64,000 nt of DNA from an uncultured delta proteobacterium (GTDB taxonomy: Bacteria > Desulfobacterota > Binatia > Binatales > Binataceae), in contig CAWDTQ010000013.1 of assembly GCA_963805315.1 (NCBI GenBank), positions 6,090 through 70,089 on the forward strand, in the 5' to 3' direction. Under the pieces are notes generated by a model. It was not told where the DNA came from. It searched no databases and worked only from the letters and a program-made list of their open reading frames with translations. Position numbers and translations under genes: made by a program. Below, piece after piece: positions 62,664-64,000 of the stretch; positions within the stretch are counted from its first letter, which is position 1, and every line of letters starts with the position of its first letter.

Positions 62664-64000
62664 AGCTTTGATTCTGAGCTTGATCGGGTGAGGAGGCTAT
62701 TGGCTTTCGCCAGCCAGCGACGAAACGCGCGCGCGCAATGAACTCGCCGCGTCCGGCTGGCGCGTCGACTTTGCGCTCGCTGACGATCGGCACGCCGCGC
62801 GAGATCGTCATCTTCGGCCAGCCGGTGACTTCGAATCCCTCGAACGGATCGTAGTCGGCGCGCGAGTGCATCTCGCGTGCTTTTGACTACGACTTTGCAG
62901 GCTGGATCGAAGACCACCAGGTCGGCGTCGGCGCCTTCGACGATCGCGCCCTTGCGCGGGTACATGCCGAAAATTTTCGCGGCGTTGGTCGCCGTCAGAT
63001 CGACCCATCGCGAAATCGAGATCCGCCGCTTCGCGACGCCCTCGGAATAGAGCATCGGCACAAGAGTCTCGAGATTGGACATCCCGGGCGGAATCCGCGT
63101 GAAGCGATCGGCGGAAGTTTTGCGCTCCAGCGGCCAACTGCAATGGTCGGTCGCGACCACGTCGACGGTGCCGTCCGCGAGCGCCTCCCAAATCGCATCG
63201 CGATGTTCGGCGCTGCGCAGCGGAGGATAGCCGACGTACTTCGCGCCGTTGGGTTCGAGAAATCGTTCTTCGGTCAGATACAGATAGATGGGCCGCGTCT
63301 CGGCGAGCACCGCGCGGCCTCGGGCGCGCGCGCGGCGAACTTCGTCGATAGCGTCGCGGCTCGACAGATGCACGAAGTAGGCGGGCGCGCCGGACAACTC
63401 GGTCATCGCGAGCGCGCGCCGGACTGCGGCGGCCTCGGACAGCGGCGGCCGGCTGGCGGCGAAATGCGTCACGTCATCATTGCCGGCGGCGAGCAGGCGC
63501 TCGGTGCAGAATCCGATCAGGTGCTCGTCTTCGGCGTGAATGGCGAGCAGCGCGCCGCAGTCGCCGGCGATCTTGAACGCACGGAGGAAGTCGCGCGCGC
63601 GCTCTCGAAGCCGCGCATCATGAAGATCTTGAAGCTGGTGACGCCGCGCTCGACGACGCGCGGAATTTCCGCGATGGCTTCGGGCGTCGGATCGAGCATC
63701 GCCACATGAAAGCCGTAGTCGATGATCGCGCGCCCGCGCGCCTTGGCGTTCCACTTTTCGATCGCTTCGGCGAGCGATCCGCCCTGCGCCTGGAATGCGT
63801 AGTCGATGATGGTCGTTACGCCGCCGGCCGCGGCGGCAGCGGTGCCCGACTCGAAATCGTCGGCGGTGTGCGTCGAGAACATCTCGGCGTCGAGATGCGT
63901 GTGCGGATCGACGGCGCCCGGAATCAGCAGCATCCCGCGCGCATCGATGCGTGCGATGCGCAGATCCAGCGCTCCGGGCGGCGCGATGCTCGCGATCTTT
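62660..64000 (-). CDS. Dihydropyrimidinase/hydantoinase-type cyclic amidohydrolase, with frameshifts. N-terminus beyond the window end.
   Basis: PGAVDPHTHLD and FKIFM motifs (ORF 63517..63933). The central and C-terminal parts are in ORF 62660..63754. Confidence 0.7.
   Translation of the reverse strand, partial: KDREHRAARSAGSAHRTHRCARDAADSGRRRSAHASRRRDVLDAHRRRFRVGHRCRRGRRRNDHHRLRIPGAGRIARRSDRKVERQGARARDHRLRLSCGDARSDARSHRGNSARRRARRHQLQDLHDARLRERARDFLRAFKIAGDCGALLAIHAEDEHLIGFCTERLLAAGNDDVTHFAASRPPLSEAAAVRRALAMTELSGAPAYFVHLSSRDAIDEVRRARARGRAVLAETRPIYLYLTEERFLEPNGAKYVGYPPLRSAEHRDAIWEALADGTVDVVATDHCSWPLERKTSADRFTRIPPGMSNLETLVPMLYSEGVAKRRISISRWVDLTATNAAKIFGMYPRKGAIVEGADADLVVFDPACKVVVKSTRDALARRLRSVRGIRSHRLAEDDDLARRADRQRAQSRRASRTRRVHCARAFRRWLAKANSLLTRSSSESKL

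Overview
This is a high-GC (about 65-68%) bacterial chromosomal window in two parts.

Positions 1-19,000 form a mosaic accessory region. It contains a truncated DDE transposase, frameshifted EamA and SDR genes, cdd, and a P4-type tyrosine integrase with an AlpA-like regulator, two HNH/HTH proteins and a large frameshifted replication-like protein. It also contains an intact ISAzo13-family IS with 15-bp terminal inverted repeats, a 147-bp composite palindrome, a Tat-secreted alpha-carbonic anhydrase, an HNH-like ORF and a Hint-domain pseudogene.

Positions 19,000-64,000 are core genome:
- lysine genes lysA-dapF-dapA;
- a signal-peptide HEAT-repeat protein with a tandemly duplicated C-terminal domain;
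- a contiguous arginine operon argB-argD-argF-argG-argH directly downstream of xerC-hslV-hslU;
- glmU, a clear glmS ribozyme and glmS;
- lepB, a GH38 alpha-mannosidase, a biotin-dependent carboxylase alpha subunit, cspA, a MoaB/MoaD-MoaE/IspH block, and assorted metabolic genes.

About 20 conserved genes, including essential ones, carry frameshifts, so I attribute most of them to assembly indel errors rather than gene decay. No rRNA, tRNA or CRISPR was seen.

The glmS ribozyme, together with the Firmicutes-like xerC-hslVU and arg operon synteny, suggests a non-proteobacterial lineage.

No clearly novel multi-gene system stands out. The most unusual items are the duplicated-domain HEAT protein, the IS-adjacent palindrome and the integrative-element remnant.
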